A stretch of 31,128 nt of DNA from Acidobacteriota bacterium (GCA_019247235.1 JAFAPG010000045.1:1-31128), one strand, 5' to 3'. Positions 14,888 through 23,851 are shown, counted from the first letter of the stretch. Notes: generated by a model not told the origin, from the letters alone. A program made the numbers and translations.

Positions 14888-14900
14888 AATGTATCTCCCC

Positions 14901-15347
14901 TTAAATCTTGACGCTCAGCCGGTCCGCAGGCTGCGCTCCCACTGCACGGAGCGATTCTTTCCATTTTGCGCAGCGCTGTTCCGGGCGCTCTTTTGAGCTG
15001 ATGTGAATAAAGGCTTCATGCCCACGCGCGCCTTGATCCTGAAAAAATCCCCTCATGCGGTCGGTCAGCATCTTCGTGGCTCGTACCGCGTGATCTCCCG
15101 AGACGCGAAACACCGGAAGATCGATCCGCATGACGTAGCCGGTAATCCCCAGGATCTCCTTGTAGGAGCCGTCGGCATCAAGTGATACCGCCACCCAAAC
15201 TTTGGCGAAGCGCGCGAGGTTCAAATCTTTGCCGCCTTCAAGTTCACGCGCGCAGTAGTCAACCGCGAGGTCGTGGAGCTTTTTGTCGACTGGCTCTAAG
15301 AGCGCGCCCTGGCCTTGAAAGTCGAGCGGATAAACTGCGATTCGCAT
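14901..15347 (-). CDS. GNAT-fold-like protein (position of T7 gp13-type acyltransferase-like genes)
   Basis: alpha-beta pattern KVWVAV...ILGITGY...; TGATG coupling to the Hint gene; position before ejection genes. Confidence 0.55.
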   Translation of the reverse strand: MRIAVYPLDFQGQGALLEPVDKKLHDLAVDYCARELEGGKDLNLARFAKVWVAVSLDADGSYKEILGITGYVMRIDLPVFRVSGDHAVRATKMLTDRMRGFFQDQGARGHEAFIHISSKERPEQRCAKWKESLRAVGAQPADRLSVKI

Positions 15348-16198
15348 CAGTTGCCGTAGGGCTTCAAGTTGTGCGCGAAGCGCCCATTCACCAGGCGGTA
15401 GCAGTGGTCATCGTCGAGCTTTGAAGGTGTATCGAGCTCGAGGTTATAGACCTTGCCCGAAAATTCGACGCGGGGATAGCGTTCGGTGTTCTTCAAAACC
15501 TCCGCCGCCGGCTTCCAATAGCCATAACCGGCAAACATCAGATGCTCAGGCGTAACCAGCTCGCCTTTCCCCATGTCGATCATCTCGCCAGAAAAGTCGT
15601 GCACTTCGACAAACGCTACACGCTTCCACCCAAGCCGCGAGCAGACGCGATCGCCAATTACCAGTTCCTCGATCGGCTTTAGGCGATGCAGGGTAAAAAC
15701 CCGCGTGTTGCCGGAGAAGCAGGCTCCTCCGTAGCGGCTGACTGAAGTTGCCGAAGGCGCGTAGTCGGTCGTATAGGTTGGAGGGGTTACGGGCATCGCC
15801 GGCGCGCCAGTCTCGGCCGTCGCCGAGCCTTGAATCATCACCTTTTGCGATTCGCGGCCAATCTTTGAAACCGAAGAAATGAAAAAGTTCGTGGTTGGTG
15901 GCGTCGTGCCGGCCGTGCAATCGACGAAGTGCTGAGTTGCCAGGGGATCGCGAATCTCAGCGAACAGCGAAGTTTCAGAATCCTTGTACACCCGGTAGCC
16001 GGCGAGGTCGGTAGCATAAAACGGAGGCCGCCAATTAAGCAGCACGCCCCGCGGCGCGGCGGTTGCAATGACGTCGCGCGGTGGATCGGGTTTACGGTCG
16101 GTTCCTCGGGTGATAGTTGTGTCCTGCGCGTCCCGGCGCGCCTGAATACGTTCGTTCGGGGTCATGTTGATCCCGTAGTTACGCCGAATGATCTTCAC
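15347..16198 (-). CDS. FN3-like domain + Pro/Thr linker + C-terminal Hint (intein-like) domain
   Basis: PDPPRDV...VLLNWRPP...LAGYRVY...FFISSVSKIGRES (FN3); GGA|CFSGNT, VTPEH, VYNL...NGRFAHN (Hint). Confidence 0.85.
   Translation of the reverse strand: MKIIRRNYGINMTPNERIQARRDAQDTTITRGTDRKPDPPRDVIATAAPRGVLLNWRPPFYATDLAGYRVYKDSETSLFAEIRDPLATQHFVDCTAGTTPPTTNFFISSVSKIGRESQKVMIQGSATAETGAPAMPVTPPTYTTDYAPSATSVSRYGGACFSGNTRVFTLHRLKPIEELVIGDRVCSRLGWKRVAFVEVHDFSGEMIDMGKGELVTPEHLMFAGYGYWKPAAEVLKNTERYPRVEFSGKVYNLELDTPSKLDDDHCYRLVNGRFAHNLKPYGN
15368..15721 (-). other. Hint/BIL-type autoprocessing domain (Cys160..Asn277), no homing endonuclease
   Basis: Block A Cys-Phe, block B TxxH, terminal His-Asn followed by Leu. 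Confidence 0.85.
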
Positions 16199-16204
16199 CG
16201 CGGC

Positions 16205-18787
16205 TTATCTTTCGCGCTCGTCGCCAATCGCAGGAATCAGTTCGTACAGTCGCCCGTAGGTCTCAAGCGGCACGTGCGGAGGAGAGTTCAGTGCGAGATT
16301 TCCATCCGCCGAGTGCGAGCTCAGCTGAAAGCGCAAATACACGTGCTGAATTTCTGGCGCCGAAAGGTAAGCACGATAAAGCGAATCATTCTCGGCTCCC
16401 TGGACGGCTTGCGCCGGGTTGTCAGACGGGGTGAGGGCTTCAAATGCAAACTGCGCGCCCGCGGCCAGGGAGGTTGAAAGCGTCTTGCCCACGGAGACGT
16501 TAATCAGCGAGTCGCCGTACCAGTCGATGAACGGCACGCTTGGGCGATCCGTTCCTCCGTTTACGAGCAAGATCAAATCCGCGGCGTACTGATTTCCGAT
16601 GTCATCCGCTCCGGAATAGAGCTGATAGAGCTGGCCGTTGGTTGAGCCGGCATAAATCTGGAGCGCCCCAGTCGCGTCTCTCACTTGGGCGACGGTGAAA
16701 GCGTTTGAAAGCTGGCCAACGTACTGCTCGGCGTAGCCTTGGCCATAGACCGAGCCTGGCGCCTGCATATACTCGCGCAGCTTGAAGTCGTGTTTTACGG
16801 TGTAAGGCACGCCCCCGGATTGGCCTTCAATGCGCAGCTCGTCTTTCCCTTGCTGGGCGTTACGGTAGTAGACGAGCTCTACCTGGGAGAGATACGTCGA
16901 ATCGATTTTGAAGAGCTCCGCGGCTTCATATTCGTCTGAGACCACAACCGGCACGCCGTTCTGAAGCGTAACCAGCTGCTTGTCGCCTGAGAGCCAAAAG
17001 AATCCGTGCGAGCCGCATTTCGTGCCCGCGCGCCGCCCCGCTATTCCCACGTTGAAGGGGCCAACCCATTGCTGAATGCCGGCCAGGTTGACCGAGAGCG
17101 CGCAATCGTGGAGCGTGCCCATCAAAATCTCTTGATCAATCTCAAAGATGGCGGTTGCTGCTTCGCCCGTGGGAAAAGTATCGATATCGTTTGCCGCCCA
17201 GCTCTGTTCTGGGCGGCCGGTAACGACTCCCGAACGGTCGTCGGCGAGAGACCCCGAGCGGCGAAGCGTAGGAGATCCGGTGTCGGCGGCGTAACAGTAG
17301 TCTCCTGCCACGGCGAACATATTCGACTGCGCCGGGATGATGCCATTCCTGGTAGGGAGTTCGTGGTTGCCATCGGTGATTGCCTGATAGCCAATCAAGG
17401 ATGTTGAGCCGTTCTGCCCGTACAGCCAATTGCCAGCATTGTCGGTGGCGACATAGGGCACGAGGACTCCGTCGCCGGTTCGCCCAACCAGAAACGACCA
17501 TTCCGTATCGGTCCCTGAGTAGTCGGGCAGGCCTTGAATATGAAAGTTGCAGCGGTTAGGCTGCGCGGCAAAAGACTTCCCTGGAAGATAGCGCCCGCCG
17601 ATCGCGATCCTGTTGCCTGCATGGCCCCCGCCGTTTGGGTTATAGATCGCGCCATAAAACTGGTATCCGGGATTTGAACCGCCCACGGTTGATTGCGCGA
17701 GCCCTCGGTTCTCGTTGGCGATAGGCGTAGGGCCGACTAGGTTCTGAGTCGCCAGCACATCGACCGAGGTGGCGGCGTTCGCGGCCGTCACCGCTTGCGA
17801 GATCGAGCCTCCGCTAGAGGCGACGCTGGGGCCGTAATTCGTATAGGCAAGCGTGGCCGAGTTGGGCACGCTGGCGACCTTATAGACGCCATTGAAACTG
17901 TCATCGGCTACGAGATTCACGACGATGATGTCGCCGACGGAGCGTCCATGTGCGCTCTGGGTACCGATGGTGACCACATTAGCCGCGCGCGAGACGGAGG
18001 CGTTCTGGACGAGCGTTCCTGGCTGGTAAACGAAATAGCCAACGTTCCCGCCGTCGTAAGTCGTGGCAATAACCTTGATCCAATTGGCGTTGACGCCTGA
18101 AAGATTCGGGAGAGTTGCGACGGTTACTTTTTGGTTCAGCGCGACGTTTACCCGCGCGCCTGATCCGGCGACGATGGTCGCTGGCCCGCGTTCGTTGTTT
18201 GAGCTATCAAAAATGGCGACGTAAAAGAGCAAGCCGATTGAAGTTGCCGCCGATTGCCCGCCCCCTGCAGGCGTGAAAGTGATCGAAGTGTTTTCGGCTG
18301 TGGTTAGCTCTCTGACGCCATCGACGATGGTGACGTTTTGCACTTCGGCTGAGGTTGGAGCCCGCAATCCGTTGGTGCGCCAGGTCGTGCCGTCAAACCA
18401 TTTCTGGTCGGTTCCGTTTCCGTAATGGAAGCGATTGTTGGCGAAATAGCCTGCGCCTTTTGCCGAGCTGCCGACCGCCGCGCCTCGCACCGTGGGAGTG
18501 GTGACCACTCCGGTTCCGGTGTTTAAAACCTGGAGCGTCGTGCCGCTCATGAACAGTACGTACTTCGTTCCGTCCCAGGTGCGATAAGGAAACATCGAAT
18601 GAATGGCCGACGATGCGGTTGAATTCATCGTGACCGTCGAATAGCCCCAGCGCAGCTCCCAGAACCCCGCTTGCTTCGGTACCCAGTTCAAGCACCGAAG
18701 TGCCCGATTTCTGGGCATATTGATCGGGTTTGAGCGCGAATCTACGCCGCCCGCGTCAATTTGCTCAAACGGTTGGAGGCGAGCCAT
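16205..18787 (-). CDS. Tail nozzle/stabilization protein (T7 gp12/P22 gp10-like position)
   Basis: 860 aa beta-rich; N-terminus GGVDSRSNP..MP..ALRCLNW..ELRWGY typical of podoviral tubular protein B; follows adaptor. Confidence 0.75.
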   Translation of the reverse strand: MARLQPFEQIDAGGVDSRSNPINMPRNRALRCLNWVPKQAGFWELRWGYSTVTMNSTASSAIHSMFPYRTWDGTKYVLFMSGTTLQVLNTGTGVVTTPTVRGAAVGSSAKGAGYFANNRFHYGNGTDQKWFDGTTWRTNGLRAPTSAEVQNVTIVDGVRELTTAENTSITFTPAGGGQSAATSIGLLFYVAIFDSSNNERGPATIVAGSGARVNVALNQKVTVATLPNLSGVNANWIKVIATTYDGGNVGYFVYQPGTLVQNASVSRAANVVTIGTQSAHGRSVGDIIVVNLVADDSFNGVYKVASVPNSATLAYTNYGPSVASSGGSISQAVTAANAATSVDVLATQNLVGPTPIANENRGLAQSTVGGSNPGYQFYGAIYNPNGGGHAGNRIAIGGRYLPGKSFAAQPNRCNFHIQGLPDYSGTDTEWSFLVGRTGDGVLVPYVATDNAGNWLYGQNGSTSLIGYQAITDGNHELPTRNGIIPAQSNMFAVAGDYCYAADTGSPTLRRSGSLADDRSGVVTGRPEQSWAANDIDTFPTGEAATAIFEIDQEILMGTLHDCALSVNLAGIQQWVGPFNVGIAGRRAGTKCGSHGFFWLSGDKQLVTLQNGVPVVVSDEYEAAELFKIDSTYLSQVELVYYRNAQQGKDELRIEGQSGGVPYTVKHDFKLREYMQAPGSVYGQGYAEQYVGQLSNAFTVAQVRDATGALQIYAGSTNGQLYQLYSGADDIGNQYAADLILLVNGGTDRPSVPFIDWYGDSLINVSVGKTLSTSLAAGAQFAFEALTPSDNPAQAVQGAENDSLYRAYLSAPEIQHVYLRFQLSSHSADGNLALNSPPHVPLETYGRLYELIPAIGDERER

Positions 18788-18789
18788 AG

Positions 18790-19509
18790 CTAGGTCGAGC
18801 GGACCGCGTCTTCAGACATGGCGAGCTGGAGTTTATAGTTTGGGTCGAACTGGCGCTTGGCCATGAGATCGAGGATTCCCTGCTCGTACTCTTCCTTCGC
18901 GTCTTCTGTTTTCTGGTTGGTCGAGCCGTATGCCCACTTGAAAATCTTCCATACCAGCCCCGAGACGATGGTGTTGTGCCCCCAGGCGGGAATGAGCGGC
19001 ACAGCGTCGTTTGTCGAGTCGGTCGCCGGGTTCGGGATCGCCCAGCCCACTACATAAGCCGTATACGCCGCGTCTGGCGGATCCATGCGAATAACGTTGA
19101 TCCCGCTTGGGTCAAGCGTGTAGCGCCCGCCTGGCGCGTTCACGTTTCCCTGCGTAGGCGAGGTAATGGTCGTGTTCTGGATCATCTCGAGCAGAGTCTC
19201 GGGATCGTACATCGGGAGCATTTCGGCCGTCTGAAAGGGATTGGTTGGGATGATGAGCGAAAACTTGGTGATTTCCTCGAGCAGGATCTCGGTCATCGCT
19301 CCGGCTGGCGTGGTCACGACCGAGGTTAGATCATACGTCGGCTGGGCCACGACCGTCTGAAAGCTAAAGACCAGGCGCCGCCACCAAAACCGCTGGCGCT
19401 TACAGATGTCCTGCAAGACCAGGCGGTAGAGGTTGGGCAGGGATAGAACCTTTTCGCCCTTGCGCTCAGAGAGCTGGTTGGCCAGCTCGAGGATTTCGGT
19501 TCGAGTCAT
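18790..19509 (-). CDS. Head-tail adaptor (T7 gp11/P22 gp4-like)
   Basis: MTRTEILELANQL N-terminal helix; PLIPAWGHNTIVSGLVWK..AYG C-terminal motif; position. Confidence 0.7.
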   Translation of the reverse strand: MTRTEILELANQLSERKGEKVLSLPNLYRLVLQDICKRQRFWWRRLVFSFQTVVAQPTYDLTSVVTTPAGAMTEILLEEITKFSLIIPTNPFQTAEMLPMYDPETLLEMIQNTTITSPTQGNVNAPGGRYTLDPSGINVIRMDPPDAAYTAYVVGWAIPNPATDSTNDAVPLIPAWGHNTIVSGLVWKIFKWAYGSTNQKTEDAKEEYEQGILDLMAKRQFDPNYKLQLAMSEDAVRST

Positions 19510-19514
19510 GGGAA

Positions 19515-19598
19515 TTAGTTCAGGGAATCAAGAAAACAGATGAGCCAGACGGCAGAAATCATGCCCAGAAGAAACCAGCAGAGATCGCGAACTTTCAT
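19515..19598 (-). CDS. 27-aa single-TM micropeptide MKVRDLCWFLLGMISAVWLICFLDSLN (not in ORF track)
   Basis: ATG overlaps dehydrogenase stop (ATGA); fills the gap; stop 5 nt before adaptor ATG. Confidence 0.6.
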   Translation of the reverse strand: MKVRDLCWFLLGMISAVWLICFLDSLN

Positions 19599-20887
19599 AC
19601 CGCGCGCGGATCGAGCAGGGCGGCAGATTGCAATGCGCGGTCTTTCGAACTGAGCACGCCGCGCCTCTCGCCTTCCCCGATGCGAATTACTTCAACCCCG
19701 GGAACGTCCGGCATGTAGCGAAAGGGGTCAATGACGATCGAGCCCGGCGCGAACTGATACCGGGTGTAACGCTCGTGCTGGCAGCCGATAAAAACCAGAT
19801 GCGGGGCTTTCGTCACGTCCTTGTCTTCGGTGCACGAGTGGGCCACTCCGCGCCGTTTCAGGATGAAGGAGAGAAGCCTCGCCGGCGATCCGGTGTCGAT
19901 GTTGGTTTCTGGCTTGAACGCCCGCCCCAGGATTACGACCGGAAGCTGGTGCACCTGCCAGCGGTACTCTTCGACGAGGTCTGCCAGGAATTCGCAGTGC
20001 TTTTCGCGGGCCACCATCAGCGACTCGAAGAAGTCGTACGAGAGATTCACATTGCGGGCCAGCCAGGAGAGCGCGATATTGTCGCGCGGGTGGCATCCGC
20101 CTCCGTCGCCCATGCCGGCCTTCAGGTACTTGGTCGAGATAAGGCGTCTGGTCGAAAGCTCGAGCGCCCGGTAGATGTCGTCCACTTTCATGCCGCAGCG
20201 GTGCGCCATCTCGCCGTAAAGATTCGCGAGCACAGTTTTTGCCGTGATGAAGGTGTTGTACAGCACCTTGATGCCTTCGGCGGTGCGGATGTCGGTCTTG
20301 AGCGCCGGCGCGCCATAGCAAATTGTTTCGTAAAAGTGAGCGAGCAGCGTGGCCGCTGCTGGCGAGCGAGCGCCGATCAGCCAAAATTCGGGATTAAGGA
20401 AGTCGTTGTAGACCGTCCCCATGGCGATGAACTGGGGCGAATAGACCAAGTCGAATTTCGCTCCGATGATCGGCAGCACCTCGCGCTCGATCGTCCCCGG
20501 AAGTACCGTCGAGATGACGACGCAGGGCGTCCGTTGAATCAGGTAGCGATTCACTTCTCGGACGCACTCAACCAGATAGTCGTAATTAAAATCCGCGCGC
20601 GTGTCAGGGAGAGGCGTAGCGCCTTCGTAGGCGTCGATGTGCGGTGTCTGGGGTGCCAGGAAAAGAATGTCGGCCCACTGGCAGAGCTCTTCGAGCGAGA
20701 CCATCTCCATCTGCGTCTTTCGGAGCAGCTCTTCGGAATGTGCTTCCTTGAACGGGATCTCGCGCTTCAGTAGATACTGTTTAGGCGCGGCGGAAATGTC
20801 ATAGCCTCGAACCCAGTGGCCGCGCGACTCGATCGAGAGAGCGACCATCAGGCCCAGCTTGCCGCAGCCAACCATGCCCACGTTCAT
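19595..20887 (-). CDS. ugd: UDP-glucose/GDP-mannose dehydrogenase family protein
   Basis: GCGKLG Rossmann motif; PQFIAMG (PEF-like); EGIKVLYNTF; GDGGGCHPRD with catalytic Cys; GRAFKPET. Confidence 0.9.
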   Translation of the reverse strand: MNVGMVGCGKLGLMVALSIESRGHWVRGYDISAAPKQYLLKREIPFKEAHSEELLRKTQMEMVSLEELCQWADILFLAPQTPHIDAYEGATPLPDTRADFNYDYLVECVREVNRYLIQRTPCVVISTVLPGTIEREVLPIIGAKFDLVYSPQFIAMGTVYNDFLNPEFWLIGARSPAAATLLAHFYETICYGAPALKTDIRTAEGIKVLYNTFITAKTVLANLYGEMAHRCGMKVDDIYRALELSTRRLISTKYLKAGMGDGGGCHPRDNIALSWLARNVNLSYDFFESLMVAREKHCEFLADLVEEYRWQVHQLPVVILGRAFKPETNIDTGSPARLLSFILKRRGVAHSCTEDKDVTKAPHLVFIGCQHERYTRYQFAPGSIVIDPFRYMPDVPGVEVIRIGEGERRGVLSSKDRALQSAALLDPRAV

Positions 20888-22542
20888 GCGAGGACCAGCT
20901 CCGGCTTCTGCTCGAAGGCGACGCCGAGCCTCGCCTTCAACTTGCGAATATCTTCAGCCCGCGCGGGTGCAAGGTTTTGGTAGAGCTCGTCCACGTTGTC
21001 CGCTTTATGCCGCTCCAGGCGCTCTTTGTGGGTTTTGTCCCACTCGGCCTTTCCTGTAAGCGGGTGCATGTGCTCGGTGACAAAGGGCAGCGGCACGCGC
21101 CGGCCGATCGCGCTTGCGACTTCGTTCAGCCAGGTATCGTTGTAGTCACTAGAAAAGTAAGGTGGACAGAAATATCCGACCGTCTCGATCCAGGCGCGAT
21201 GCAAAAAGCCATGCGTGCCAAACTGGTCGCCGTACACTCCGTCATCGCCGTGCACGAATACTAGGCGGTCCGGGAAGGCGGCAAAGGCGCGCCGTACGTA
21301 GTCGTCCCAGCCCTTGGTCTTGAAGACGATGTCGTCGCCCGCGTGCATCAGAATTTCGCCAGTTGATACTTCGGCGCAGCGGTTCCACATCTTCGAAAGC
21401 GTGATGCGCGGCCCAAGGACGTTCTTAATCTCTACGCCTTTCCAGAATTCTGGGCCGGGCGTGCAGTCGTCTAAGTCTCGGTAGAGGACAATCTCAGGCA
21501 TTACCGTAGAGGTCTCTAGTAATGAGTCGATCAGCCGTTTGATATTCTCCGGCCTTCCCCTGGTCGGGCAGAGGATTGAAATCTTCATCTCCGGCACGTC
21601 CATCGGATACTGCCCGTGCACCTTGGCTTTCAGGATCGATTGCTCGCGATAAGGCTCAAAATCTCGAATCGAGTAAGAGTAGTGGCCGATGTGTCCAGGC
21701 TGGATTGAGGTGTCGCAGTAGCTCGAGATCCCGGCGTAGCGCTTGGCGACCATGCAGAACCCGACGTCTTCTCCGTACTCGATCGAAGATTTGAATGCTG
21801 GCAGAAATCGGAACCAGTAGCAGAGCTTCTGCTCGTCGAAGGCTTTGAGGCGCGCCGTCTTGATCTCTTCCGCGCGTTCGCTCGAGATCCCATAAAACTC
21901 TTTCTCCCACAGGCAATCAAAGTACGATTGAGCGACTTGCTCGAGCGCGTGCTGAGTGATCAGCATCAGGCCTGTGCCGACGCCTCCAACCTCGAGGAGT
22001 TGCCCTTCCGGCCATTCCCAGATTTGCCCAAAGTCGCCGGTCTCTTCGTTGAAGTGGCGAATGTTTGGAATTGGCGGGTCGGTCCTCCGGGTACAGAGTC
22101 CGGCCACGATGTCCTTTTTATGGGAAAGCAATTTCTCGAGGTGGTCTTCTTCGACCACGATGTCATCGTCGACAAAGAGAATGTGCGTCCAGGGCTTCCC
22201 GCTCTTTAGCTGTTCGGTAATCAGGCCGTTCCGTGACCAGTGCACAACCGAGGCTGAAAGCGGCGCGCCTGCGTAAACCGTGGCGATATCTTTCTCCCGG
22301 GTGTAACGCACCATGCGGCCAAGCGCGTCTTGCATCTGCGGCTCAGGGGCGCGGTACGTGGGGCAGAGAATGCATACGATGGGCTTCTGCTCGGCAGGGT
22401 TCTGTTTCTGGTCCTCGGGCGCCTCAACCGAGATGCCGTAATCTTTGAGTGCGGCGCGGCCGTTCGCCGAGAGCAAGAGCAGTTTCGCGCGCTTACGCCA
22501 TTTCTCCGCCTTCTGCGCTTCGAGTTTGTCTTTGAGGCTCAT
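20884..22542 (-). CDS. Glycosyltransferase with two tandem GT-A (GT2-like) domains
   Basis: Domain 1 ILCPTY..SRN..LFVDDD..GTGLMLI..GEDVGFC..GHIG; domain 2 ILCPTRGRP..WN..GDD..DYNDTW..EHMH. Confidence 0.88.
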   Translation of the reverse strand: MSLKDKLEAQKAEKWRKRAKLLLLSANGRAALKDYGISVEAPEDQKQNPAEQKPIVCILCPTYRAPEPQMQDALGRMVRYTREKDIATVYAGAPLSASVVHWSRNGLITEQLKSGKPWTHILFVDDDIVVEEDHLEKLLSHKKDIVAGLCTRRTDPPIPNIRHFNEETGDFGQIWEWPEGQLLEVGGVGTGLMLITQHALEQVAQSYFDCLWEKEFYGISSERAEEIKTARLKAFDEQKLCYWFRFLPAFKSSIEYGEDVGFCMVAKRYAGISSYCDTSIQPGHIGHYSYSIRDFEPYREQSILKAKVHGQYPMDVPEMKISILCPTRGRPENIKRLIDSLLETSTVMPEIVLYRDLDDCTPGPEFWKGVEIKNVLGPRITLSKMWNRCAEVSTGEILMHAGDDIVFKTKGWDDYVRRAFAAFPDRLVFVHGDDGVYGDQFGTHGFLHRAWIETVGYFCPPYFSSDYNDTWLNEVASAIGRRVPLPFVTEHMHPLTGKAEWDKTHKERLERHKADNVDELYQNLAPARAEDIRKLKARLGVAFEQKPELVLA

Positions 22543-23021
22543 GCTTGCGCGGCCTGGGAGGACGCTTTCTGGATCCAGCTCTGCAGCTCCGCTTCCCGGG
22601 CTTCTTTCACGGCCTGGGCGTGCGACTGCTCGATCGCGCCGGCAAGAATTCTTGCTTTCGCGATTGCCTGCTCGAGCTCGGCCGGGGTCATCGGATCGGT
22701 GCGACGGGATGCGCGTTTATTGGCTTCGGCTCGCTCTTGCGCTTCAACGTCGTCCGCGCACGGCTGTTTGAGTTTCTCTTCCTGCTCGGCCCGGTATTCA
22801 GGCTTGCGGATATAGAAGACGCCGTCTGAGTCGTAGCGCTTTTCGTATTCGTTGGGATGGGCTTCAAAGCCCATGTGGATCTTTTTGTCCGAGGGCGTGG
22901 TGAATTTCTCGAAGGTACGAGGCGCGCAGCTGGGGCACTCGTCCGCGAGCTGTACGCCCTTGTCAGTCCAGCGCGAGCGTACGCGCCGGGATTCAGACTT
23001 GCAGTTCGAGCAGATTGCCAT
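22539..23021 (-). CDS. Zinc-ribbon protein with helical C-terminus
   Basis: CSNC...CPSC; overlapping coupling on both sides. Confidence 0.7.
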   Translation of the reverse strand: MAICSNCKSESRRVRSRWTDKGVQLADECPSCAPRTFEKFTTPSDKKIHMGFEAHPNEYEKRYDSDGVFYIRKPEYRAEQEEKLKQPCADDVEAQERAEANKRASRRTDPMTPAELEQAIAKARILAGAIEQSHAQAVKEAREAELQSWIQKASSQAAQA

Positions 23022-23518
23022 TAGGCGGGCTGTTTCTTCTGTTGCTTAACCTGCGCGAGCAGTTCGTTCCTCTCGTTTTCGAGACGCTGCTCGGCGGCGC
23101 GCAGCTCGTGCTCTTTTTGCGCCAGGCGCTCTTCGGCCGTCTTCCACATCTGATCCCACTGCTCTTGTGTAGCCTGATAGCTGGGTTTCTTGTCGAGCCA
23201 GTACTGAATCTCGGGATCTTTGGTCGAGTATGCCCCGTTGATAAATTCAACCGAGCCCTCGCCGACGAGTTTCACTTCCCCGCCTTCCATGACTTTTTTG
23301 GCGGGCGGAATGTTGCAGACGACAGTTCGGCCGCGAATTACGGGCGCCGTAGAGCCCTCGGCAGGTTTTCCGGGGTCAAGCGGCGCGTCAAGGCAGCGAT
23401 AGGTCTTCTCCTTGACCACGTGGTTCGATTGGCCATCGGCGCATGTCCACTCGCCGATTCCGAATTTCTTCCCGCAAACTTCGCAGGCCCACTCGATAGG
23501 TTGTTTCGCTTGTGACAA
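23021..23518 (-). CDS. Hypothetical protein, N-terminal Cys/His cluster, C-terminal coiled coil (TTG start)
   Basis: GAGGAG SD; WACEVC..WTC..H. Confidence 0.7.
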   Translation of the reverse strand: MSQAKQPIEWACEVCGKKFGIGEWTCADGQSNHVVKEKTYRCLDAPLDPGKPAEGSTAPVIRGRTVVCNIPPAKKVMEGGEVKLVGEGSVEFINGAYSTKDPEIQYWLDKKPSYQATQEQWDQMWKTAEERLAQKEHELRAAEQRLENERNELLAQVKQQKKQPA

Positions 23519-23522
23519 AGGC

Positions 23523-23837
23523 TTATTTCTCCTCGTCGAAGTCGGCCAGCCGTGGCGGGCGCTTCAGGAGTACGGGCGTCGAGGCGACCTGGGCGGAAAC
23601 CTCGAGCCGTGGAGTTTCCAGGTTCACTCCGGATGCTACCTGCACATCTTTCTTTTCGACAGTTACGCCGGTAATCTCGTCGTTCGGTGTAGAGATGAAG
23701 GCGCTCGCGGCCTCAGGCGTGTCGGCTACGACGAAGGCGACTTTCTCGGCGCCGTGGCGATGCACGAACTCTTGTCCGCGCACCAGTTCCCGGGTACGCC
23801 CGGTGACGTGAAAATACGAAACTCGGTAGAGGTTCAT
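23523..23837 (-). CDS. Hypothetical protein after capsid gene
   Basis: GGAG SD; tight packing. Confidence 0.7.
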   Translation of the reverse strand: MNLYRVSYFHVTGRTRELVRGQEFVHRHGAEKVAFVVADTPEAASAFISTPNDEITGVTVEKKDVQVASGVNLETPRLEVSAQVASTPVLLKRPPRLADFDEEK

Positions 23838-23851
23838 CGGTCGTTCACTCC

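Noticed and set aside
15368-15721. A true splicing intein or mobile intein
   Set aside because: Residue after the terminal Asn is Leu, only six residues follow, and there is no endonuclease; treated as a BIL/Hint cleavage domain
19628-20773. 381-aa plus-strand ORF
   Set aside because: Antisense shadow of the dehydrogenase gene; no motifs; expected in GC-rich coding DNA
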